Assembly: GCF_006345805.1 (NCBI RefSeq)
Contig: NC_043013.1
Coordinates: forward strand, 46,252,001-46,316,000
Origin: Octopus sinensis
Taxonomy: Eukaryota
DNA: 64,000 nt
Direction of reading: 5' to 3'
In this document: positions 52,590 through 64,000 of the stretch, in pieces
Numbering within the stretch: position 1 is the first letter of the stretch
Layout: the number at the start of each line of letters is the position of its first letter
Notes under the pieces: generated by a model
What the model saw: the letters and a program-made list of their open reading frames with translations, nothing else
Told to the model about the DNA's origin: nothing
Databases searched by the model: none
Position numbers and translations under genes: made by a program

Positions 52590-52818
52590 TTAACCCTCTA
52601 ACATTCACATTATTCTGTCAAATGCAATGCTTTATTTATTCACATTGTTTAGAATTTATCCTGCATCAGCTCATAGCTTTGAAATCTCAATGACGTGATT
52701 GTTTATTTCTAGAATGACATTGTAGGGTAGGTAAGAGAGACTGGATTTGGCCAATTTGAACTTAAAACAGCTAGGATATTTGAGCCAGATATAACTGGTT
52801 TAAATGCTAAAGGGTTAA
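52590..52818. mobile_element. MITE family E
   Basis: ttaa|ccctct...aaaggg|ttaa. Confidence 0.85.
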
Positions 52819-53528
52819 TGATAGCTATTTTGAATTAGAACCAAATTTTCTTAGGTCTCTCCTTTTTTCTGAGATTACAATTAAAATATCATCTCTAAGT
52901 ACATCACCTATCAAATTTCCATAAAATTTAAGACTCTTCTCAATTTTCTTCGCATTTGTTTCAGCTATTTGGTAACATTTTAAAAGTTTAATGGAAAAAG
53001 TTAGTAAAACTGTTAAGAATTTCTATACCACATAAAACATGTTATGATGCATTAGAATAGAAATATTTAAAAATTCTTCCATTAAATTTTATCAGAACCA
53101 ACACTAAAAGTTTGGAAGTTTAGAAACAATAGATTTTACCACATAATGCTAGTTATAAAATTATATTTAAGTTCTTTAATTATATTACAGAAAAAGAAAT
53201 TATCAATCATAAATATAATGGATTAATATTCATTCATTACAAAGATTGAGACTCTATTAGATTATTCTCCTAAAATCAACTAAATTATACATGAGACTTT
53301 CTAATGAAAAATACAATTTTCAACTTTTATCCGAAAAATAAATAAATAAAAACAAAAAATATATCTAAGTGCTGAAGAAACTATAAGATATTCATATAAA
53401 TTGTAATTTCTAAGATATATTTCAAATTACTAGTTTCACTACATTCTCAACATCCAGTACCCAGCCAGCAACAAGTGGGGTACCATTGGTGATTTAACTC
53501 ATTGTAGCAAACAGTGCTGTTGATATTG

Positions 53529-53718
53529 TCTTTTATCTTTTACTTGTTTCAGTCATTAGACTGTGGCCATGCTGGGGCACTACCTTGAAGAATTTTTAGT
53601 TGAATGAATCAACTCCAGTGCTTAGTTTTTTCTTTGTTTTAAAGCCAGGTACTTACTCTATTGAGTTCTTTTGCTAAACAGCTAAGTCACGGGGATGTTA
53701 ACACACACACACACACAA
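53529..53718 (-). mobile_element. SINE family A, 3' half
   Basis: Tail and body up to the microsatellite. Confidence 0.75.
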
Positions 53719-54400
53719 ATACAGATTTCTTTATTTTTTAGAGTTTTGCCACCCTTTAATTGACCAAATACAGCCTTATTAATGACAAGAACTGAGTTTT
53801 CCAAATCGTCCATTTGGAAGAATTTAACTCAGTGGCAGAAACTGTGACAGAAAGATGTCTTATCCAGGGAGCTATCTGTAGTTTGCTTTATTCAGCAGAA
53901 TCTGGAGACATACACTGGAATCTTGATTTGGAAATGAACTGGATTAGGAGTATCAGCTGTTTCCTGATCTACAAAAATTTCCTTTGCAGTTCAGAATCTG
54001 TCTTTATTACATTAGTCAGATTTTCGACAGTACTCAATCCTAGCCACAACTATGTCCATAGTGTATCTCAAAATAAAACAACTGTTCCACAATCACATTA
54101 ATTATTATCAACTCAGCTATTATCATTGCCAAAGTATCCACAATAACAGCTAAGAACCCTTTCTTTAGCTTCTAAACATTACTTATACTTCACCTTAGTT
54201 GCAAAAGCAAATTCCAATGCCTTGGGTGTCAGGTTTACAGTCAGCAATCATATAATTGATCAATTAGCTAATTGTTTGGGTAGGTGAATGCTAATTGGAC
54301 AAATGGCTTCATGACTATATAACTTTTAATATGGAGTAGCAATGTAAAGATAGGTTTCAGATAAAATTCTACAAAACACACTCACACTCACACCCTAGCT

Positions 54401-54745
54401 CAGTGGTTATCACCCACTCTTTTTTACCTATGGATCCAATTGATTACTATTTTATTCTGGTGGGTCCCCATAGTCATTCGATGTTTAAAAACTAGTTTTA
54501 TAGATGCTTTTTTCAAAATTCCTGTTTTGTTTTTCATACATTAACTTGTGTAGGTTGAACTATGTAAAACATTAGAGAAAGAAGCCCAGCTGTTTCTGGC
54601 AATAAATACATTTAAATCAAATTTTTTCATGGGACCTTAACATACTGTTGTGGATACAGTTTTGCTTGCACGGACCCCTCACCCAACCCACTCAAATCTT
54701 ATATGGACCTTCAGGGGTCAAATAGACCTCGATTAAGAACCACTG
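54401..54745. mobile_element. hAT (Charlie-like) MITE
   Basis: Ends cagtggttatca / ttaagaaccactg; subterminal ggaccc repeats; flanks ccctagct and ctcttgta are both close to an NTCTAGAN target. Confidence 0.6.
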
Positions 54746-55902
54746 CTCTTGTATTTGAAATGTGAAGTCACAAACTTGCAATACTAACAGAAAAGGGCCA
54801 ATATTTTCAAATGAGTAACAATAAAAAATCTGAGTTATTTGAGAAAAGTAAAACAAAATCTTGTTTTTAACATAAGATTAACAGGAAACACAATTTCCGG
54901 ATTCTCACTGATTATAATTTAATAGCACGATTAATTAATACAATTTTTACTTAGAACAAACTTTATCAGCAATTATCAGTGAAACTTTGTAACAGATCTC
55001 AACATTATCTCCTCCCTGATGCAATCAATAACAAAAGGGCTAAGTTACTTCATTCTACAAGTGCACTTGCTAACCCTTAACTGACATAATGACAAATTTC
55101 CAGAGAAAGAGGAATTATTAAAGCATCGGATTGCCTTGCAGTATTTGTTCCAGCCCTCCGTGCCCTGAGTACAAATACTGCTGAGGTCAACCTTGCCTTT
55201 CATCCATCCTGAGGTTGTTAACCCTTTTTTATGGCAGTTTGTGTTTTTCTAGAAGAAATCAGTCTTGGTCAGAGCTGGAAAGGGATGGGCTGTGCTTGGT
55301 CTAAAACAGTCCAAAACACATCATATGCCACAATGATGCTCCTATGAATCCATCAGGAGATGAAAGCTCGAGGCAAAGCAATGAATCACTAGTAACGTTT
55401 TGTCTTCTCGAATGGATAACAAGCTCAGGATTTAAACTCATTAACTTTGTAAGCAAAATAGACTCAAGTCTTTGTAGGTAATTTAGTACAATTGTGCAAA
55501 CAACTTTAACCTTCTTGATTAAATAATAATTTCTCACAAAGGTAAATGATTACAAATTTGTTAAGTGGCATGGCATGGTTAATTGACCCCGAGGGGGATA
55601 AAGCAACCACAGTTGCGATTAAACCCAGTGTAGAAGAATATAATAAATAATTCAAGAAATCTAATAAATTAAATATCATCAATGCTCTAATGTAGCTGTC
55701 ATTCTGTCATCCTTCAATGTAGTAGCAGTAGTAATAGTAGTAGTATTAGTAGTAGTGGTGGTGGTGGTGGTGGTGGTGGTAAGTACAAGAAGCTGTTGTT
55801 GTTGTTTCTACCATAGGTGCAACAAGAGTTTAGTCAATTATATTAACCCCCTTCCCCGAACTTAACTGATACTTTATTTTGACAATGATAATAATGAAAA
55901 TG

Positions 55903-55939
<37 letters not shown>

Positions 55940-57416
55940 AAGGAAAAAAAAACAACTAAAGACAAAATTCCAGAGTTGTAAACATCTCAAAAATAAATTT
56001 GAACTGATAAAGAAATAGTCAAAGAAATTTCTTTTACAGTAAAATTGAATACAAATCGTTGTGTCGATTTGGTAAAAAGTTCTCTTAACGATTAAATGGC
56101 TGCTCAAAAATTAGCTCTACCACTGTATTAACAAGCTATACACTACAACAGCAACAACAACAACAAAAGCCTTCTTTGCTACAGGAAGCCATATCTATAG
56201 GCATGCAGGGAGGATAAGTATTGCTAGGTTTAGTTCAGTAAGATTCTGTAGAGAAAACACCAAAATCATTGTAAATCTTATTAAAGATCAGCTTATGATA
56301 TGGTTTCAGTTATGTAAGTAAAAATCAGAAATTAAATATTAAGAATAAAAAAATAAATAAAACTAATAAAAGTGAGTGGCAGAGTTGATTTGATGGGCCA
56401 ACTATATGATGTAGAATTAATCTCATTTTGTAAACAACAAACAAAAACACTGTGTCTAAAGCAATTTCGCAGAAATAAGGAACCCTAGCAATTTTTTGAA
56501 TAAAACATTTTTTCCTTTCATTTTAAGGTAAAATTGAACTCCAGGATTAGAAATTGCAAAGGGACAAGGGAATTGAATTAGAAACTATCTCCTACAGGCA
56601 ACAGTCAAAAAGGGACAACAGATACGGATAGCGCCAATGAAAATATCGGTTATTTAAAATATCGGCTTAAATGAGAATTAAAATTCTTTTACATATTACT
56701 AAGTGACATATTGCAATTCCTGTGAAACTAGCAGCACAAATCAACGAGCATAAATGTTGAAATGTGATTAATTTGTTGAGTAAATAGTTATAAAACAGAA
56801 TCAAGTAAAAACAAAAACGGAAGGGGAAAAAAAGTAGCAGTTACTTCAATTTTTCCCAGAATAGCAAGATAATTAGTAGCATATAAAATAGCTGGAGAAT
56901 TACTGGCTTTAAATTTTTGAGAAGGGAGAAGCTAATTGCAGTTCAGCTACTGTATATATTTTTACCAAACATTGTTTTTAGAGGTTATGTTCTGTGCTAT
57001 GTAAATAAAATAAAATGAAAAAAAAAAAGTCTAGCAAATATGTAAAGAATGAAAGAAATATATTCACAGAAAAGACATCTCGAAGATTCAAAGACATCTT
57101 TGTAAATTACTATAATTATTATTTTTTAAAGAATATTTATTTCATTTTATGTATGTGAAATGCATTGACAATAGATACTGTGTACCTGTATTTTAATAAG
57201 TATTTGAGTGGAATGCTTTATTTAACTTGCTCCACACCCAGGTGAATTAACACTGGGTGCAGTCAAATATGCACATGCATATGTATGTACATACGTGTGT
57301 ATGTATATCATGCAAAATCACACAAAAACGTATTCTGCTACCCACCATATTCATCATAGAAGACTTTTATATCCATCATGGAGTAATAAGCTGTTTATAT
57401 ACTTTTATATACACAT

Positions 57417-57826
57417 AGGCGCAGGAGTGGCTGCGTGGTAAGTAGCTTGCCTACCAACCACATGGTTCTGGGTTCAGTCCCACTGCGTAGCATCTTGGGC
57501 AAGTGTCTTCTGCTATAGCCTCGGGCCGACCAATGCCTTGTGAGTGGATTTGGTAGACGGAAACTGAAAGAAGCCTTTCGTATATATGTATATGTATGTA
57601 TGTGTATGTATATGTTTGTGTGTCTGTGTTTGTCCCCCTAGCATTGCTTGACAACCAATGCTGGTGTGTTTACGTCCCCGTCACTAAGCGGTTCGGCAAA
57701 AGAGACCGATAGAATAAGTACTGGGCTTACAAAGAATAAGTCCCGGGGTCGATTTGCTCGACTAAAGGCGGTGCCCCAGCATGGCCGCAGTCAAATGACT
57801 GAAACAAGTAAAAGAGTGAAAGAGTA
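57417..57826 (+). mobile_element. SINE family A (young)
   Basis: Full length; tail aaagagt repeated. Confidence 0.93.
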
Positions 57827-58117
57827 TGCTAAAGAAAGTCTTGCAAGTACAGAATTATCCAACACATGACAATGTAGGAACGACAGATGTAATACACAGA
57901 CGAGGAAAATAGAAACAGCAGTAATGAACCTACAAGAGAATTTCACTTTCAAGGTCAGAAACTAAAGTCTCATCTACGAGAACTTGCAATTAGCTAACTG
58001 AAAAGATGAAACTTCATCAGAATGAAGAGGGGTATATAGTTACACACATATAAGTATATACATATGTAGACATAAATATCATAATCAACATCATTTCACA
58101 TCCATTTTTATCATAAT

Positions 58118-58540
58118 CATTATTATTATTATTATTATTATTTTGTGATTGCATGGGTTGGCTGGGTCTTCTTCAGCGGAGTGTCTTGTCATTTGTTGCA
58201 GTCCTTTGTAGTATCTTCTCACGAGGTTCAGCTTCCCAAGATCACAGCATCTTCTTCTCCTCATATTTTCCTTGGTCTTCCTCTTTCACCTGGAGATTCT
58301 TTGCACACAGACAGCTTGGCATTTCTTAACCCGGTTGCCATCCACATGCATCACACGTGTCCATACAAGTGCAGTCTCCTCTGCTGTACACTATAATCTA
58401 CTTACTTTATATGCAGTTTTTCTTTCATTAAATTCCTCATCATTTACACACGTTTACACAACTAGCTTGTCACATTTCTTTCCACCTTCAAAGCACACTT
58501 CTCTCTATCAACACAAAACACCATATAAACAACCCATCAC
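58118..58540 (-). mobile_element. RTE-type LINE 3' fragment with (AAT)n tail
   Basis: Broken minus-strand peptide RRLHLYGHV...KKC...GRPRK-like. Confidence 0.6.
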
Positions 58541-58845
58541 TGGATAAGTAAAGCTTTTACTGTCAGCAGGAGCAGGGCATCTGTGAACTTTTACTAACAA
58601 GTCTCTACTCTGGTTACTATTTCCTTCCAGATTACACCCTATCTCCACTGCTAATTAAGTCATCTAATTAGTGGAAGCTTTAACTAATTCCAAGTAGTCC
58701 TCTGAGCATTTAATCTAAGCGTGCTAATCACTCCTGCACAACTACTATATATGGAATTCTTCTCTGTTTGCATGCCTGTGATTCCAGTGCATCCCTTGTA
58801 CACAGTTACATGTGTGTATATGTATGTATATATATATATATATAT

Positions 58846-59005
58846 ATCATCATCATCATCGTTTAACGTCCGTTTTTCATGCTAGCATGGGTTGGACGGT
58901 TCGACCGGGGTCTGGGAAGCCAGAAGGCTGCACCAGGTTCCAGTCTGATCTGGCAGTGTTTTTACAGCTGGATGCCCTTCCTAACGCCAACCACTCTGTG
59001 AGTAT
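58846..59005 (-). mobile_element. Family C repeat
   Basis: (cat)n tail, catgctagcatgggttgg, ggatgcccttcc. Confidence 0.88.
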
Positions 59006-59449
59006 TTTCCCAAAGTCAGCCTGCATCTTATAAGGACATGGTCACAGTTTGAGTCACTGGTAGGTAGTTGTTTAGGTGCTTGCAATGACCAGCAAAATCA
59101 ACAGTAAACATCTCTCTTAGTGATAACTCTAGGAAGCAGATTGTAAGTATTTTTTAATACAACAACACGCATCAGCAGTACTTACTTTATATAAAATAAA
59201 ATCAGTGAGGAGAGGCAAATTAAGTGATAACACCTGACCATACCCACAAACAAATCAAGCTTTATGACTTGGGTCAGGTTCAGAGTACTTCATTAGTTTG
59301 GGGATAACAATCACTAAGGCAAGCTACCTTCATAAAGCTTTAACTTAGAGGGTAATATTTGGCTAATTGACATAAGCAATCTATTTTTGGATTAACAGAT
59401 TTTCTTCAGAAAACAGTGGCGCTTGCTGTACAATGTTTGTTTAATGGGT

Positions 59450-60058
59450 AGACACAAATAATCAATTATTGATCAGTCATTCAAGTTTAAAATCTTCAGA
59501 TTACCATCGCTCTGACATACTGGCGTCACAGAGAAGACATGCTTAGACAATGGCTTCTAAGTTACCCTAGGAGAAGGAACTGGATGTTCCAATTTCTGAA
59601 AGTGTAAACAATAGTTGAACAGCAACGGTGAAAGCAGTAATTTCCAGAAAGAATGGGGGCAAAATGTTTAAAATATGCTTTCCAATATTTTTAGAAATGG
59701 CACCCAATAAGTAGCCATCCTTATGACTCAAACCCATTGAGTATTTACTTTGGTTTATTGCAATTTAAGCGTTCCACATAACATCAGTGGAAACAGATCA
59801 CTTTGTACAAATGTAAACAAAGGAAAGCAAATGTAAATTAAACACAATTAGGGCATTTTTGTCGTTATAATAATAACGGACAGTTAGTGAGTTAATATCT
59901 GCTAAAAATTCATTTTATACGGTGATATTTGAAGAAAATTGAAATAATTTTAAATTTCAGATTTTATCTCTGTTGGTTATTAGAGTACTTTTGAAACAAA
60001 AATTCTTTATAAATCTATGTAAAGACCTTTTGTTAAGTTGTGTGTGAAACACCGTATC
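59450..60058 (+). mobile_element. Possible Tc1/mariner relic
   Basis: Degraded FPER and D.NPL..Y-like motifs, and a tgaaacaccgtat end. Confidence 0.25.
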
Positions 60059-60781
60059 AAAATGCCAATAAATACAAAGCTATAGGTGTTTCACGAAACC
60101 AATCTGAGTTTGTGATTATTTCAGAAAATTTTATTGAAGCGCATAGGTGCGTGATGGGTGGGGGGGGGTCAACGTTTTAGTTAGAAATACAGGAATGAAA
60201 GAATTAAGGGTTTTTTTTTGTTTTGTTTTTTTTTTTAAAATAAGAAATAACAAAATTTCAAAACAATCTGGATACAACAAACTTCAAAATGACCTGACAG
60301 GCGGGGACTATGAATAGATATGGTTTTACAATTTTTATTTTTAAAAAAAAGCTCGCCAAAACTGAATGTGTCATGAGCTGTCAAATATTGCATATGTGCT
60401 TGTACATTGTGTTTGCACACACACACACAGAAGGAGACAATGTTGTAGATGAGCTAAGAAGCAGTTGTATCCACTCTTTATAATAACCTATAAAACTTTT
60501 GTCCTATGTTATATCCTGATATTTATTTATATTTTTCTCATTTACAGCTTCGTTTTCTCCGAAATACTTTAAATTCCACACTTTTCACACTGAGAAAAGT
60601 TTCAAAAGTAAAAATTAGCCAAGTCGTTTTCGAAAATAGATATTTACTAGAAGAAGCCAGTCTAGTTTTAATGAACAATAGAATTTTTTTGCTAAATATT
60701 TCAATCTTATAAAATTAGGATATAATTGAAAAGTTCTTAAAGACAAAACAACATTGAAGTAAAAATGTAAATAGTATTCAC

Positions 60782-60881
60782 CTTGAGCAATAAATGTATC
60801 ATAATATTGTAAGAGGTTTGCACGTTGTAAAACTCGATATAGTTGCCATTCTGATGCATTCGTAGGCTGTGATGACGTCAT
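60782..60881 (-). CDS. NAB: NAB (NGFI-A-binding protein/EGR corepressor) homolog, first coding exon in window (start of NCD1)
   Basis: Translates MTSSQPTNASEWQLYRVLQRANLLQYYDTFIAQ(G), matching the NCD1 start of NAB1/NAB2 ([24 protein letters not shown], recalled). Start in gccATG context. Donor CAAG|GTGAAT at 60781 (phase 1). Upstream acceptor ttccttcactttttag|G puts the exon start at 60897. Confidence 0.93.
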
Positions 60882-61038
60882 GGCATCCAAGTATTCCCTA
60901 AAAAGTGAAGGAATAGAATAATGTTAGAGCATTGCTGAATAAGAAATCTCAAGAGGTTAGCAAGCCCCAAACAAATACTTGATAATATTTTTGGTTTCAC
61001 TTCTGCTTTTTATGCTATAAACAATGGGAGAAATAGCG

Positions 61039-61905
<867 letters not shown>

Positions 61906-62601
61906 AGATATACAGAGATAGAGAGACAAAAAGTAAAGCTCTGAAAGAAGAAAGCTGTTAATAAATGTGATGAGCTATGAAGCCAGAGCTTAGAACATAG
62001 AGCAGATTTGTCATTTGATAATACACAATGTAATTCTTTTAAAGATCATGAAATAGTCAACAGACATCTAATATCTATGATAAAGGAAATTATTTCAATT
62101 GTTTTTTGAAAAATACTGCTCAATCTGCTACATTTAATACAACCAATTCCATAAGTCCAGATAAATCTAAAATATTAATTTGGGTATTGAAAAGAAATAT
62201 GCAAGAATTTTAATACATACATACATACATACATATATATATGTATGTATGTATATGTGGTTGCAACAATTTAAAAAAAAAAACATTTTAAATTAAAAAT
62301 ATGATCGATAGATTTGAGATATTTATAAAGTTAACATTTATAAGCGATCTTTTTTCGACTCTCTTCATATTGTAGGCAAGCAAACAACTTTAAGATATTA
62401 CAATGGTAAATTTTTTTAATAATCTGCAGTAATGGAAAATTTACCCCATTTAAATGAAACTTACAAATCTGAAACAAATTCTGATGCAAATACTCAGATT
62501 TCTTGGTAATATATTTGACAATTCTTGGAAATGTTGAGAAAGAGAGACCCAACAAGGATTGCGGTAGTGACTAATACTAAAAATAGTGGCAGTATATACT
62601 A

Positions 62602-62829
62602 TTAACCCATTCGTTACCAACCCAGCTGAAACTGGCTTAGGCTCTGAGTACAAATGTCTTGTTTTTGTAAGTTTTGAATTAAAATCTTCCACCAAACCTT
62701 AGTCACAATTTATGTTCCTAACACTAGCTGAATGATAACTAAGTTATTTTACTAAATCCTTTGTTATATTTAAAGTAATTGAAAGAAACACAGAGCATCT
62801 CAAAATAAATACAGTAACGAAAGGGTTAA
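62602..62829. mobile_element. MITE family D1
   Basis: ttaa|cccatt...aaaggg|ttaa. Confidence 0.88.
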
Positions 62830-63222
62830 GAGACTATATAGTAAAAGGAGTGACAAAATTTTGCCTATTAGTATACAGTCATCAAATTTCTACACCTCAT
62901 GTAAACACCCAGGATTAACAGTAAATTAATGAAATGACTATATGACTTATTTATTTCTGTACGAATAAATTTCAATAGGGATGTACGGCTGCTAATATCC
63001 TGTGCTCAGACTTCTTATTATCGTCTTTGTCTGATAAAATCAGGAAGAAACAGATTGTCAAGTGACCTTTCTTTCAACACATTGATACTCATTCTGTGAA
63101 AGAATCACAAAGGAACTTTGAATCTTAAATGAGTGGATTTGAATCAAAAGGTTGCAAAGTAGATAAAGTGAGGATTAAGAGACATAGAAGTGAAAGGTTT
63201 ATACAAAATCCTTCAATATTAG

Positions 63223-63251
<29 letters not shown>

Positions 63252-63253
<2 letters not shown>

Positions 63254-63694
63254 GTGGCAAGCCGGCAGAATCATTTCCGTGCAGGGAAAAATGCTTAGTG
63301 GCGAGCTGGGAGAATCGTTAGCATGCCAGGCGAAATGCTTAGGGGTATTTCGTCTCTGCCATTATGTTCTGAGTTCAAATTCCGCCGAGGTTGACTTTGC
63401 CTTTCATCCTTTCGAGGTCGATAAATTAAGTACCAGTTATGCACTGGGGTCGATGTAATCGACTTAATCCGTTTGTCTGTCCTTGTTTGTCCCCTCTGTG
63501 TTTAGCCCCTTGTGGGCAGTAAAGAAATAGGTATTTCGTTTGCCGCTACGTTCTGAGTTCAAATTCCGCCGAGGTCGACTTTGTCTTTCACCTTTTTGGA
63601 GTTTTGATGAATAAGGTCACTGGGGTCAATGTAACTGACTTACCCCCGTCCCCTGAAATTGCTGGCCTTGTACCAAAATTTGAAACCAATATTA
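63252..63694 (+). mobile_element. Hybrid SINE family B (young copy inside an older copy)
   Basis: Two heads, one full ~186-bp unit, a partial second unit, then the older short-tail type. Confidence 0.8.
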
Positions 63695-63799
63695 CAGACA
63701 CATATATCTGCTAAGTATGTTGCTTGGTAGAGAACAGAATCTTTGTGCTGTATTTCAAGTCCAAATAATTCTGTAGCATAACAAGTGCCATATTGTGGT

Positions 63800-64000
63800 T
63801 TAACCCTTTTGATACCAACCCGGCTGAAACCGGAACTGGTTTTGTAGTACAAATGTCCTGTTTTCATAAGTTTTGAATAAAAATCTTCCACGCAACCTTA
63901 GTCACACTAGCTTAATGATAACCAAGTTAGTTTACTTAATTCTTTGTTAAATTTAAAATTAATTGAAAGAAACACAGAGCATCTCAAAATAAATACGGTA
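63800..64000. mobile_element. MITE family D1 (truncated by window edge)
   Basis: ttaa|cccttt; colinear with 62602-62829. Confidence 0.85.

Larger units (their letters stand above)
48757..60781 (-). other. NAB intron (about 12.0 kb)
   Basis: GT at 60781-60780, AG at 48758-48757; joins the exons in frame. Confidence 0.9.

Noticed and set aside
33976-58020. Other CTGA(T/A)GA or TCATCAG hits (e.g. ~33976, ~42989, ~58014) as hammerheads
   Set aside because: No stem II followed by GAAAC and no stem I pairing.

Overview
AT-rich, microsatellite- and transposon-dense eukaryotic DNA. The repeat landscape (tRNA-headed SINEs, RTE tails, TTAA-MITEs) suggests an octopus-like coleoid cephalopod; this is an inference. 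The only protein-coding gene I can support is a minus-strand NAB (NGFI-A/EGR-binding corepressor) homolog. It has three coding exons: 60782-60881 (exon 60782-60897 including a short leader), 48619-48756 and 41557-41786. Splice sites are GT-AG and phases are consistent, giving 156 codons that cover the NCD1 domain and a Pro/Ser/Thr linker ending in IKVE. I found no NCD2 exon, so the next intron appears to run more than 41.5 kb, off the left edge. Everything else is intronic: at least four SINE families (labelled A, B, C, F here), two TTAA-flanked piggyBac-like MITE families (D, E), pogo/Tigger- and hAT-like MITEs, RTE/RTE-X/CR1-Jockey LINE relics, Penelope-like fragments and long simple repeats. 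Highlights: a minimal hammerhead-ribozyme motif in the same sense as the NAB pre-mRNA, a recurrent rearrangement hotspot in SINE family B, nested TTAA insertions, SINEs that share one head but carry different tails, and young inverted SINE pairs flanking NAB exons. Nearly all ORFs in the supplied track are microsatellite or repeat artefacts.
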